Source: Takakia lepidozioides
Taxonomy: Eukaryota; Plantae; Bryophyta
DNA: 64,000 bases
Assembly: GCA_030704615.1 (NCBI GenBank)
Contig: CM060734.1
Location: 28,520,001 to 28,584,000 of the forward strand
Direction: 5' to 3'
A model generated the notes under the pieces. That model did no database searches and was not told where the DNA came from. It saw only the letters and a list, made by a program, of their open reading frames with translations. Both the position numbers and the translations under genes were made by a program. Of the stretch, positions 24,201 through 36,662 are shown piece after piece. Positions within the stretch are counted from its first letter, which is position 1. Every line of letters starts with the position of its first letter.

Positions 24201-24632
24201 CGTCTACACTACAAATGCCTTCATGTCAATGAGGACACACTATAAATACAACTATAGAACAGAATGTTAGGAGCATGCTACAATGGACTGACATGAACGA
24301 ACTACAAAGGAAGGAGGATCAGGGGGTACTCATCCTCGTTAGGCATGGAAGTTTTGTCCACAGTGGGCAGCCCATGTGGAGTGTGCCCTTTCAACTCCAT
24401 TCCCACCAGATGTTGCATTTCTAGCCTCTTGTGAAGAGCATCTTCCACAGGAAACCACGTCTTGTCGAATTGCGCATTGCAAATAAGCATAAAGACGGTT
24501 AGGAAAGGAGGGAAGAACACATATGAGACAACGAAATTGTAGCATCAGAAATGCAGAGGTCTTACCGGACCCGCCCCATTTGGACGGGGATGAACAAACG
24601 TTTCATGGAGGTACAGGTCAATGTAATGGGTG

Positions 24633-24959
24633 TGTCAAGTTATTTTACCACTAGTGTGAAACTAGCTAGGAAATAGCTAGCTTTTACATATTGACATTTG
24701 GGATTGGCCCAAGTGTCAATCCAGGGGTCAAGGCAGATTTAGGCCCTGGAGTGGTTATCTTCACGGCAAGCGCGGGAGGCTCATCTTTCTCGAGTTGAGC
24801 CTCACCGCGCCTAGCTATGGCGCCGTAGTGTGGATTCCCCATGGCGTGGGGTGCACTTGGCTTGACTTGTATTTGAGTGATGAGGTTATATATGCCTGAG
24901 TTTATGCTTCAGCTTTGTGAGCTCGCATGAGCTTGTGCTTGTATTCTTCCTCTTTATCA
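24633..24959 (+). repeat. Terminal repeat A1 (327 bp, TG..CA)
   Basis: Identical by eye to 35069-35395. Confidence 0.95.
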
Positions 24960-24975
24960 CTCGAGAAAGATGAGC
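24959..24975 (+). promoter_or_regulatory. Putative self-priming primer-binding site
   Basis: actcgagaaagatgagc is the exact reverse complement of 24779-24795 inside repeat A; no TGG tRNA-type PBS here. Confidence 0.7.
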
Positions 24976-26419
24976 TCGTATCTATGAGTGCTAGATACGA
25001 GTTAGTTGTAGCACTTGTGGTTTTTGCTTGAGAATGAGAGAAACCAAGTTGTTATGCAAGGAGCACCGTGGAGCTCTTGGTTGTTAGAAGCGGAGGCGAT
25101 GTGGGTTACGAGGTGGTAAACCTTGGCATTCGATCTTCAGCTTCAGAGATGAAAGCACCATACTGTAGGTAATTCCAGAGCACCTTGATGGTTTCAGATT
25201 GTGTACATGCATGAGCAAGCACGATTGGGAAGAGGACCAGTCAAGAGCAGGTTATAGTGGCTTTGGTGGCAAAGCTGAGAACTGGACTTGGGAATGCGAG
25301 CTGTCATTGTGTGAAGGATTGCAAGACCAAGCGAAAGGGCTGATTTGGCTTGGGGCAAATCAGTGCACTTTGTGGAGTATGGTGAGATTGGGTTTCAATC
25401 TCGAGCTTCAGCATTGAGAGGGCTCTTGTCATGGCGAGAGCAGGGCTGGAACAAGAGCTAAGAGGTGCGGCAAGGCCATGGAATGTGCACCTAGGGTTAC
25501 AGAGCTTGGAAGAAGAGCTCTTGCACCACAAGAAAAGTGTCTTGTGGCTGGAAATGTAAGCCTTAGGGTTTCAGGAGCTTGGCAAAGGCTATGGAGTGCT
25601 TAGTCTTGTCTTAGAGAGCATCACTCATTGAAGCTTCCATCTTCAAGCTTGGAGGGCAAGCAAGGAAGAGGGAAGGGCTGACTTCCCTTATGTGAGGGCA
25701 ATGCATGTGTGGAGCATGCTATCAGCCTGGTGAAGGCTTGCACTTTCAGGTGTGGGAGTGCAAGAAAGGAAGGAAGGGGCTGGTTTCCCTGTAGGGCATG
25801 TGGAGCATGCTTTCAGCATGCTGAAGCTTGTATTTTCAGGTTTGTGGGTGCAAGAAATGAAGCAAAGGAGCTGATTCTTTTATGGTGAGAGTGGGGCATG
25901 TGTGGAGCATGCCTTCAGCCCATTGAGGCTCTTGTTTTCAAGCTTTAGAGAGCTAGAACGGAAGGTCTAGGGCTGGTTTCCACTTGGAGTGAAAGAAAAG
26001 CACTTGTAGGGCATATGTGAGTTGGGGTTTCAACTTCAAGCTTGAAGGGAGCGCAACTCTTGAAGCAGCAGGTGTAGGGGGCTGGAAGAGGCTCTAAGAC
26101 AGATGCTATGGCCAAGGAGAGTGCTTGAATGAGTGCTCACAAGGGCTGGGAACCAGCAGGACTTGGTTGTTTGCCATTGAGTTTAGTGGCGTGTTTGGGT
26201 AGGCTAAGTGAGAAAGAAGGCTTGGTTTGTGGCAACCACCTCATGGCTTAGGGCTACTATGGTGGTGTGTGGGAGCCGAAAGAGCAAGGATACCTTGCTG
26301 ATTTCCTCACAGCCACCATAGCTCGGTGGAAAGAAGCCTAGAGTCCAAGAGACACAAACCCTAGCTTGGCGTGGCTAAACCCCTTGGAGAAATGGCTAAA
26401 CTGCCAGAGCGGCCATGTG

Positions 26420-27035
26420 TGGGGCTGTGGCAAGTTGTGACGGGCTGTGACGGGCTGTGTCAGGCTGTGGCGAGCTGTGACGGGCTGTGATGGGCTGTGG
26501 CAAGCTGTGACAGGCTGTGATGGGCTATGACAGGCTGTGCCCTGTGCCCTGTGGGGCTGTGACGGGCTGTGTCAGGCTGTGACAGGCTGTGCCCAGTGGC
26601 CTTTTGGGGCTGTGACGGGCTGTGCGGGGCTGTGACAGGCTGTGCCCTGAGGCCTGTGGGGCTGTGACGGGCTGTGACAGGCTGTGCCCATGGCCTTTGG
26701 GGCTGTGATGGGCTGTGAGGGGCTGTGACAGGCCGTGCTTGAGGCCTTTGAGGCTGTGATGGGCTGTGATGGGCTGTGACAGGCTGTGCCCTGTGCCCTG
26801 TGGGGCTGTGGCAAGCTGTGGCAAGCTGTGACAGGCCGTGCCTGAGGCCTTTGGGGCTGTGACGGGCTGTGAGGGGCTGTGACAGGCCGCGCCTGAGGCC
26901 TTTGGGGCTGTGACGGGCTGTGAGGGGCTGTGACAGGCTGTGCCTGAGGCCTTTGAGGCTGTGACGAGCTGTGAGGGGCTGTGACAGGCTGTGCCCAGTG
27001 GCCTGTGGGACTGTGACGGCTGTGACCAGTGAGCT
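26420..27035. repeat. Minisatellite of a 10-bp unit (GGGCTGTGAC) in the Gypsy 5' leader
   Basis: Directly visible, with higher-order ~45-50 bp periodicity. Confidence 0.9.
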
Positions 27036-27315
27036 GTGTGGGCCTGTGCTGGTCTGTGGTGGCCCGTGTTGACTTGTGGATGGCCTGTGCTGACTTGTGG
27101 AGGCACTGGTGGACTAAGGACTGACATGTGGTCTGGAAGGCCGAATTTTGAAGCTCGTGGAGGGCGGTTTGAGGAGTATCTTCATGATATTCCCATGGTC
27201 ATGCAAGTTCAGGTGTAGGCTATGTTAGGAACTTAGTATTCCAAACCATAAGCCGCAACAGGTTCTCTACCCGGTTACCTTGTGGAGAGGGGGTTAGGGA
27301 CATGTTCATGACCGG

Positions 27316-28700
27316 TTGAGTGTCAACACGGAGGTGCCACTAGTTGCTGGGGACAGTGCCGGTTCGAGCACTAGCGATACTAGTGGGTACACGAGACGAG
27401 GTGTGCGGTTTAGGCCACCTTCACCTCCTGTGTCTTCCACGGAAGGTTCTGATTCGGATTGTGAATCAGGAGGGCTCATACAGGCGGTGCAAGTTGTTTC
27501 TTTGCCATTATTGTGGGACACAATGGAGGAGATGTATGGAGCTACCAAGGGGCCACGAAGGTACTCTGGGGCGGTGGGCACCATTGAGTTGGATGATTTT
27601 ATCCAAGAGTTTGATAGTTGGTGTGATTTGCAGCAAATGCGCAATCCACAACTATTTACGCCGTTCATGGCATGGAAAGGGCTGTTTCAGCACCTTGAGG
27701 GGCCGCCTATGGATGATTACCATGAGTTCAGGCGGGGGCATGAGGTTGAGATCGAGGAGTGGAGGATGTACTGGTCACCCGACTATGTCTCCATCACTAG
27801 GGGCACTAGAGCCACGAGGGCAGTGGCTACACCTGCCGCTGCACCGGCAGCTTCAGCAAGCAGCAGTGGGACTGGTGGTACAGTAGCTACGACGTCCACC
27901 CAAGCCACTACCGCACCAGCACTAGCACCCGTGCCTGCCTTCAACCCTGTTGTGGAGTTCTTCGAAGAGTTGAGAGGGAACTACCAAGGGGTGAGGACAG
28001 AGAAGTTGCGGAGCTTGCAAGAGTTCCAACGGAAGCCGACCGAGAGCTTGAGGGAGGCTTTCACTCGCATGAGGCGCTTGATAAATGTAACCCAAGGGTT
28101 ACGGAAGCTCAGGCAGTCCAATTCTGGTATGGGATATTGGACAAGGAGCTGAGGAGAAGGGTGCGGGATGCAACTCTCCTACAAGCGGCCCAACCCACCT
28201 TAGCAAATGTGTTTTTGCTGGCAGAGCGGATAGAGCTCAACATGGTGGAGGAACGAGTGGTCATGGTGGGATTTGCTAAGGAGACACCACGGGTAGTGGT
28301 GCTCCTAGCCAACCACTACCTCAACGTGCTCAAGGCAACAAGGGGGCTCAGGTGAAGCTCAGGGAAGGGCAGAGAGGACCTCAAATGCAGGGGTCTCTCC
28401 CTTCATTTGCTGGCCAACAACGGGCGGATGTGGTGTGCTGGACATGTGGAGGACCCCATGTCAAGAAGGATTGCCCAGAGGGAGGCAAAGGGTCGGCACA
28501 TGCACAGCCTGCATAGTTGCAGTGTGGGCATTGTGGCAAGCACGGGCATGTAGAGGCCCAGTGTTATAGTTTGCATCCTGAGTTGCGCCCAGGCCAGTTC
28601 CAAGGGAACAATGGTGGCCGGGGGCGAGGTGGAGCAGCCCAGAGAGGACGAGGTGGCCAGCCACGAGGTGCAGGCCAAGGGCAAGCTCAACGTGGCAAAG
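27316..28700 (+). pseudogene. gag: Gypsy gag with two CCHC zinc knuckles (frameshifted)
   Basis: LDDFIQEFDSW, FQRKPTESLREAFTRM, CWTCGG.HVKKDC, CGHCGKHGHVEAQC. Confidence 0.8.
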
Positions 28701-29489
28701 GACGCGGAGGTCAGGGTGTTGACCAAGGCATGGCCAACCGGCTTCAGCAGCTAGAGCAGAGGCTCGCTGCCATGGCTACAGCTCAGGTGGTACCGGCTCT
28801 AAGGCCGGATGGTCCACCTCCTGCTCCTGAGGGAGGAGATATGGGAGGTATGGGATTCATGTGTGGAGCAGCACTACCACTAGTGCAGGTGGAGTCTGCT
28901 GCAGCCGTGACTCGAGGAGCAGCACGAGTTCCTGAGCCACGAGGTGCAGAGGTGGAGTTGGATCCACAGCGTGGGGAGGCAAGCCGTCAGGCTAGGCTTC
29001 CTCAGTCATTCACATTGGCGGAGACAGTGTCGACGACACCCATGGCACCTAGTTCTCGCCCGACTATTACCGAGGCGGAGGTTACTATGCCATTGGGGAG
29101 AGCTACACGGGCAGCACCACTACCTAGTGTTGCCAAGGCTACGGCAGCTAGTGTGCTGTTAGGAGCGGCCACATCTGTGTGCCAGGCTCCATTGTTCTTG
29201 GCTACCATGATTGCGACGCCGGGGATAAGACCAGCTGAGGTGTTCAGGCTGGCAGCTACACTCTGTGAGAGTGGGGAGGTTACTTCATCTTCTGCGGAGA
29301 TAGTGGGAGGTGTAGTGCCGGAGGGATCCTCGGATTTGAGGGTCAAGACTGCCACGGCGGCGCCATGGCAAGCTGCAGCTGCCAGGTTGATGGAGCTGCC
29401 AGCTAGGCCAGCCATTGAGCGCGCCATGGTGACACCTGGAGTTGTCATGTTAGACAACCAGGATGGCATTTTCTGTTTGAGTGGACCGA

Positions 29490-29800
29490 CAGGCAAGAGG
29501 TACCGGCCACTGCGAGTCTTGTTGGACTCGGGAGTTCAGCCACTGATGCTGGGCAGAGCTGCTATTGCAGGCTTGGGCCTCACGGAGGCGGATATGGAGC
29601 CTTGTCCTTTCCAGATATAGACGTCTCTGGGAGGATCGGAGCAGGCTCGGGGCATGACACGGCATGAGTTGGCTATCAGACTACGGCCGGATCACCCTAC
29701 ACATGGCTCAGTGATGCGAGCCAAGGCCATTGTGACAGACGCAGTCTCATACGATGTCCTGGTTGGTGGGGCAGTGTTGTACCCCATGGGCTTCACCCTG
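29490..29800 (+). pseudogene. Retroviral-type aspartic protease
   Basis: RVLLDSG (DSG 29525-29533), YDVLVG; TAG stop at 29618-29620. Confidence 0.8.
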
Positions 29801-30238
29801 GATTTTTGGGAGGAGTCAGCTTCCTATAGGCCTGCATGGCAGTCAGGGGAGGGCCGGCGTGTGCAGCTCCCTGTGACGTTCATAGGAGGAGTTGCGGTTG
29901 CCCAGCGAGGCAAGATGCCGACACTAGCAGCATTCACAGCGGCAGTGAGTTGGCCTAGAGAGTTGCTTGAGGGCAATGCTCATTCAGAGGATGTACCACC
30001 TCCGGGAGAGCAGGATGACATGTATGGTATGGCGGAGTTGCCTACCATGGTTGCTCATACTCCATTGTGGGGCACGAGCAAGGATTTGCAGCGGGATGCT
30101 GATCGACGGGTGCAACAAGCCTGGGTGGAGGCTTTTGTACCGTCAAGAGAGGAGGAGAGTGTGGGGATTGCACCAGGACCACCTCAATTGTCTCCATTGG
30201 ACACCACACCTATTGTGTGGCAGTCTCCGGATGAAGGC

Positions 30239-31170
30239 ATTTGTCTTCTGGACTTGTTTGGCGGGATCAGCACCGGATTGGCTGCTTTGTTACAGGCAGG
30301 TGTACGAGTTCGGCGTTACCTGTATGTGGAGAGGGATGAGACTGCACGACGCGTTTCACTTCGCCATGTTGCTCAGTTGGTGCAGCGGTACCCTGAGTTG
30401 TTGTCGGTGTCTGCAATTCGTGGATATCAGCAGGCCTTGCCAGCAGACATTTCGTTGCTGGGGGCGCAGGATTTGGAGCGGGTTGGCTCCATTGATCTGG
30501 TAGTGGCAGGTTGGCCCTACTAAGGGCATTCATCAGCCGGGCATGGCAATGGATTGCGAGACTCGAGGTCGGGTCTGTTTTGGGAGATGGTGCGGGTTTT
30601 GCGCCACTTGCAGCTTCATCAAGCTGTATCTCCAGCATACATCTTGGAGAATGTGCCACTGATGGGCGATTCTCGGGCCAGGGTGATGGCCAGTGTGCAT
30701 CAAGTCCGGTCGTGGCTTGGGTCAGCAGTGTTGCTAGATGCAGCTACAGTGGGGTCACGGGCTCATCGTCCACGGCTATGGTGGACTAACATGATGCCAC
30801 CCGCACTGCTCAAGCGTGCATTTGATGGGGTGCAGCGGCCAGCACATCTCACAGTGGATAACATTCTGGACACAGGGAGGCAGTCTCAATGTGTGAGACA
30901 CGATGACCGTTCGCCTTTGGCAGTGGTCAACAAGGTGGGTCAACCACGAGCAGCATTACCTACACTGCTCAGCTTCCCAGGATCGCATGCTTTCCGGGAT
31001 AGTGGCCCTGGCCTCCTGTGGGATGCTCAGTTGCAGCAGTTAGTGGAGCCTAATGCTGACGAGCGTGAGCGGGCAATGGGTTTTACCACTGGTACCACGG
31101 CGGTGTCGTCTCTTTCTGAGGCATCACGTCGTCAAGTGTTGGGGCAAGCAATGGATCTCAATTGCTTGAC
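30239..31170 (+). pseudogene. C5 cytosine DNA methyltransferase domain within pol (DNMT3-like motifs)
   Basis: Motif I LLDLFGGI; IV DLVVAGWPY*G (expected GWPCQG); SGLFWE; VI ILENV; VIII AHRPRLWWTN; IX ERERAMGF; X RRQVLGQA. Confidence 0.92.
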
Positions 31171-31644
31171 CTGGATTATCAGCTTGGCTCTAGCTGAGCA
31201 ATGCAGAGTGCGGAATACACTTCCCTCAATGGTCTCTCTGCCTACCGAGACGGTACAGGCAGTGAGTGGGGGCGAGCATATGAGGACCACGGGGTGCATG
31301 CATCCATGGCACACGTGGGAGGTGCTCGAGGTTCAGAGGGAGTTGGCAGCCAAGGCGGCTGTGATGGATGAGGTTGGGATTCTTCTCGAGTTGAGGAGGT
31401 CCTCAAGGATGAGATGATGGGGCAGGATGATGCCTTGTCATTGACTGAGCAGGTAGGGAGTACTGCTCAAGAGGTTGCAGCATAGCAACCACGGGACGCG
31501 TCCTCTACCTCTAAGCCCACTGGACTTAAGGTTGTAGTTACGGAGGACAATTGGGAGCCTGACATTGGACCCATTGTCACCGGAGGAGAGAGACGACGTA
31601 TACGGCGGTTCCTGAGGGCTTACAGGAATTGCTTTGCCTTCAGT

Positions 31645-32990
31645 TTGAAGGACTTGGGAGCACTGAAGGGTCAAGAGATCCGTATTGAGTTGGCCACTGA
31701 CACGCCAATCTTTCGGAGACCCTATAGATACAGTGACATGGAGAGGTCTTTGATTCAGATGAGGACTCAAGATCTCTGGGAGGCAGGTTTGGTGGAGCTC
31801 TCTGGTGGAGAGTATGCTTCAGCCACACTGATGATGCCAGCCAAGAAGGATGTCTATGGCAATTGGACGGAGAGACGTATGTGCGGTGATTACCGGCCTG
31901 TAAATCGTCAGACCAAGTCCGATAAGTATGCCATGCCAACACCAGAGGAGATCTTTGATGCCATCGGGCATGCTAAGGCCTTTAGCACTTTGGATTTACG
32001 ATCCGGATATCACCATTGCCAATCAAGGAGGCGGACAAGCAGAAGACGGCATTCTGGGGGATCAATGAGCACGGCAAGGATTGCCTATATCAGTGGCGGT
32101 TCTTACCATTTGGGCTTAAGAATGCTCCTGCAGAGTTTCAGAGAGTCATGGATAGGATTCTAGCAGGGGTGGACTTTGCTCGGTGCTACATAGATGACAT
32201 CATCATCTTTAGTGTTACGATGGAGGAGCATGAGAGACACCTTCAGGTGGTATTGGAGCGCTTGAGAGCGCACGGATTGAAGTTGCATCCGGGGAAGTGC
32301 AAGTTTTTCCACAACCAGATTGAGTATCTGGGTCACATGATATATCCTGGAGGATTGGGGGTACAGCAGACTAAGGTAGAGGCCATTGCACAAATTCCAC
32401 GCCCCACGGATGTGAGCCGAGTTCGAGCTTTCATGGGGTTGGCAAACTATTATAGACGGTTTGTCAAGGGATTTAGTACCATTGCAAAGGCTCTAACCAA
32501 GCTGACCAAGGTGGACCAGGAGTGGCAGTGGGAAGATGAGCAGGAACGAGCTTTTCAAGAGCTCAAGGCGAGGTTGACCTCGGCGCCTATCTTGAGACGA
32601 CCTATCAGGGGGCGTCCCTTTCAGCTGCATACGGATTGGAGCATGCTGGGGCTTGGAGCGGTGCTCACACAGGTGGATGATGAGGGAAGAGAGTTCGTAG
32701 TGGCTTACGCTAGCCGCTCAAACAACGCTGCAGAGGCTAAGTACAGCTCATATGAGGGAGAGTGCTTAGCTGCAGTGTGGGCCGTGGCACACTTCAGGTG
32801 CTATCTATACGGCAATCTTTTCACCCTTGTCACGGATCACCACCACTCAAGTGGTTGATGGAGTCAGACAAGCTTACGGGGAAGCTTGCACGGTGGGCAC
32901 TTATACTCCAGGAGTATGACTTTCAGGTTGTGCATCGACCGGGTTTGGTCAATCGGGATGCGGATGGATTGAGTCGCAATCCATGCATGA
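31645..32990 (+). pseudogene. pol: Gypsy reverse transcriptase and RNase H (frameshifted)
   Basis: RMCGDYRPVN, LDLRSGY, PFGLKNAP, YIDD (32187-32198), TDWS..GLGAVL, YSSYEGECLA, ADGLSR. Confidence 0.95.
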
Positions 32991-33374
32991 GCCAGCAGGA
33001 TGACACTGGAGCTCGGTGGCATGGTGAGACAAACGAGGAGATGGTGCCGGGATGGCACGCATCTGCATTTTTGTGTATCTTGGCATCGGGAGGTCAGATT
33101 GGACCTACAACAGGGATGACTGTAGACGGAGTGTCTGAGGACCCTGAGGCTAGTGATGAGCTAGGTGGTGCCAGAGATATACATGAGGATTCGGCTGTGT
33201 TGGACTACCTCCGCACGGGAGACACGGCAGCCATTATGACTGCCAGGGAGAGGGATCGGATCCTGCAACGAGCCAAGAGGTTCAAGTGGGAGGGGATACA
33301 CCTACTTCGAGTGTGGGAGGATGGTCGGGTGAGGATTGTGCCTCACCCCACACAGCGTGCACGGTTAGTGCGGC

Positions 33375-34618
33375 ATGCCCATGAGGAGTTGGGCATTTTG
33401 GAGTGCGACGCACTCACAGTTTACTGCAGGGCAGTATTGGTGGCGTGGTATGCATACAGAGGTGCAACAGTTTGTGGCTAGGTGCATGGTGTGTGACAGG
33501 GTGCGTGCTTCATTCAACGCCCCTACACCACAGTTGCATCCTTTACCAATCATGGGATTGGGCTACAGGTGGAGTCTTGACTTCGCAGGACCGTTGCCAC
33601 TGACTATGCGCCACCACAGATATGTGTTGGTGATGGTGGAGCACTTCTCCAAGTGGATTGAGTTGGTTCCATTGCCTGACAAGGCTAGTGAGGGGGCTGC
33701 GTATGCATTCTTGGATCGTGTGCTTAGCCGATTTGGTGCTCCAGCTGAGGTACTCACGGACCAGGGAGAGAGTTCTTGGGGGAGTTTCAGGCTTTGTGTG
33801 ATAAAGCCTTGATAGACCACCGCACCACTTCTCGGGATCATCCTGAGGCCGATGGCTTAGCAGAGAGAGTTGTTCAGACGGTGAATAGGGGTTTGCGCAA
33901 GTATGGCTTGCAGAAGGGACACCTAGGAGATTGGGATCTTCAGGTTCCTTGGTTAGCCATGGGCTACAGGTTCAGCAAACAAGCATCACTTGCCTCCTTC
34001 TCACCATATTTCCTTCTCTTTGGCCGAGAGCCGGATTTGCCTGCAGCCATTCGTAGGGACACTGCTCAAGTCCTTAACCTTGACGATCCGGACATGTGGG
34101 TACGTGCATGTGATCAGCGTGCAGAGTTGTTCAAGAAAGTCATGCCCATGGCTTTTGAGAACCTTGCCATTGCACAGCACCGTGATACGTTGAGGTATGC
34201 CACTATACGTGGTGGAGGATATCGTCCTGGGGTTCGGAGGTTTAGCCCTGGTGACTATGTTTATTTGCAGCAGACTGCTCCTACGACTCTGGATGTTACT
34301 GCAGGGCGTGTTATTCTGAGGGTTCGAGAGGTGTTGCCCTCAGGGGTCCTGATCTTAGAGGGTCGGGATGGCATGACTTGGAAAGACCATGTGCGTAATT
34401 GTGCGCCATGTCACCTTCCCAATGTCGATGGCAGAGTTGACCCAAACTTGGCAGTGGTACCTGCAGGTTTGAGGTGCATGCTCTGTGGGTCTGCCAAAGG
34501 GGCAGCCACCATGCTGGTGTGTGATCGGTGCTCAAGGGGTTGGCATATGGGATGCTTGACACCACCCCTTGAGAAGGTTCCTGACGGAGATTGGTTGTGT
34601 CCACACTGCTTGGGATAG
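33375..34618 (+). pseudogene. DDE integrase with C-terminal PHD finger (34475-34618)
   Basis: HHCC remnants, WSLDFAGPL, LTDQG, HPEADGLAER; CMLC..MLVCDRC..GWHMGCL..VPDGDWLCPHC. Confidence 0.92.
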
Positions 34619-34867
34619 TGGCAGTAGACATGACTGGAGGCAGCTAACAAGACATGGGAGGCCAAGCTCATAGGAGTCAATACATGAGATCCCAAGCTCA
34701 AGTTCACAGGTTGCAAGACGGCGACTAACGATGGGGCAACTCTTGCACCCGGCCTCTTGATCTATCGAGTTTGAGTGTAGTAGGGATAGTGGTGGAGGAC
34801 TTAGTGAGGCTATGGTCACTATCACATCTTGTGGCTACCTGGACTTAGAGGGACCTAAGCACCAGCT

Positions 34868-34877
34868 AGGGGGGCGA
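34868..34877 (+). promoter_or_regulatory. Polypurine tract preceding repeat B1
   Basis: aggggggcga followed by t-TGTGTGG. Confidence 0.7.
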
Positions 34878-34878
34878 T

Positions 34879-35066
34879 TGTGTGGACTAGTGACTGCCAT
34901 AGTGGGCAGCGTAGTGGCAGCCTAGTGACTGACTAGTTGTAGCCTAGTGGTTGGACTAGTGGTTGGACTAGTGGTAGACTAGTGGTATACTAGTGTGTGG
35001 TGTGCACATGTGTTGTGTGGTTTTGGACAGCGATGTAGTTGTGTAGCGATATGTATGCGCACGACA
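34879..35066 (+). repeat. Repeat B1 (188 bp, TG..CA)
   Basis: Matches 35397-35573 apart from one extra 11-bp agactagtggt unit. Confidence 0.95.
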
Positions 35067-35068
35067 GC

Positions 35069-35395
35069 TGTCAAGTTATTTTACCACTAGTGTGAAACTA
35101 GCTAGGAAATAGCTAGCTTTTACATATTGACATTTGGGATTGGCCCAAGTGTCAATCCAGGGGTCAAGGCAGATTTAGGCCCTGGAGTGGTTATCTTCAC
35201 GGCAAGCGCGGGAGGCTCATCTTTCTCGAGTTGAGCCTCACCGCGCCTAGCTATGGCGCCGTAGTGTGGATTCCCCATGGCGTGGGGTGCACTTGGCTTG
35301 ACTTGTATTTGAGTGATGAGGTTATATATGCCTGAGTTTATGCTTCAGCTTTGTGAGCTCGCATGAGCTTGTGCTTGTATTCTTCCTCTTTATCA
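35069..35395 (+). repeat. Repeat A2
   Basis: Copy of 24633-24959. Confidence 0.95.
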
Positions 35396-35396
35396 T

Positions 35397-35573
35397 TGTG
35401 TGGACTAGTGACTGCCATAGTGGGCAGCGTAGTGGCAGCCTAGTGACTGACTAGTTGTAGCCTAGTGGTTGGACTAGTGGTTGGACTAGTGGTATACTAG
35501 TGTGTGGTGTGCACATGTGTTGTGTGGTTTTGGACAGCGATGTAGTTGTGTAGCGATATGTATGCGCACGACA
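35397..35573 (+). repeat. Repeat B2 (177 bp), right end of the element
   Basis: Followed by the GGTG TSD. Confidence 0.95.
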
Positions 35574-36200
35574 GGTGCAAAAGTAACCACATTCCCAATT
35601 CGAAGGCTGTTGGGGCACAAGAGGCCGCAACCACCGGGTTGAGGAACATGCCCAATTCCATTCTGGTGATATAGGGAACAGGCCGCGTAGCACGGCCCAC
35701 AATTTAGCCACATATTGGTGGAGGCGACGATCCTTATGGGACTTCTGGATAGAGTTCAGGTGCAGGTACCTGTGAGCCTCTAGAATAAGCACGCTCCAGT
35801 GGGAACTACAAAAGAACTTGCGTGAGCATGTAAAAAACATGTAAGTTCAGACATACACACGGTAATGGAAGGGGTAAGGACTTCACATGCAATACACGAA
35901 ACATGCAATAAGGATGAAGAACACTTACTCATAAAAGACGGGCACAATAAGAGCATGAATGCCAGAAACCATCAAATTCTGAAAACGTGTCTCCTTCCAT
36001 GTTTTTTTGGACTCACATGTACTACCATACTTCTTACAATGCTCTCAAAGTCCCAGCCAAGTAAAGGAATGCAAAGCTACATATTTACACGTTACATGGT
36101 GGGGAAGAAATAAGCCCTTCCAGATAATCAAAAATCTATCATTCTACCACTAGTCCAACCCCTTGGATCTTGAAGATTATCCATGTCTTCCAGGCGCAAA
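35574..36200 (-). pseudogene. Ulp1/SENP-like (C48) cysteine protease domain; C-terminal part continues at 24632-24565
   Basis: LEDMDNLQDPRGWTSGRMIDF, HWSVLIL, VPQQPSNWECGYFCT; removing the Gypsy and one GGTG restores the in-frame ..CGYFCTHYIDLYL. Confidence 0.8.
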
Positions 36201-36662
36201 GGCACCTACTTAGCTGACACATTTGTGAAGAACCACACATCAATGTTTCTGTTGTTGTGTTGTCCATGCTGCCTCCTGCCAAACAAATACGGAATCCCCC
36301 GAACAGCATGAATGTTACATGGTTTTGCCTTATATTGAATTGGGTGGTCACAACAAATTTTAGTTGGACCAGACCTTTCATTCAGGCCCGTTAGTATGGA
36401 AAACACAGGCACTGTACATGATCCACCACCATGCACACCCCTAAACCACACCATTACATATAAATGGTATGCCAATATATGCATTTCAGCCTTGTCTAGT
36501 GTTTGGTAATAGAAACAAGAAGAAGGTTATTAGTATGAACTTGTTCATTTTTAGGTTTTGGCTGCCTCCCCTATACAATAACATGATCCGAACTGTACCA
36601 TGTAAACGGAAGAAAAGAGGGGTTGATTGTGATGTTGAACTCACAGTACGTCCTTCGTGGCC

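Larger units (their letters stand above)
24633..35573 (+). mobile_element. Ty3/Gypsy retrotransposon (gag-PR-DNMT-RT-RH-INT-PHD) with split terminal repeats
   Basis: TG...CA ends, 4-bp TSD GGTG (24629-24632, 35574-35577), RT-RH-INT order. Confidence 0.93.

Noticed and set aside
26525-27127. 200-aa repetitive ORF (TACHSPSQP...)
   Set aside because: Translation artefact of the 10-bp minisatellite.
24633-35573. DIRS/Ngaro retroelement, because of the split repeats
   Set aside because: It has a protease, DDE integrase, PPT and TSD; no tyrosine recombinase seen.
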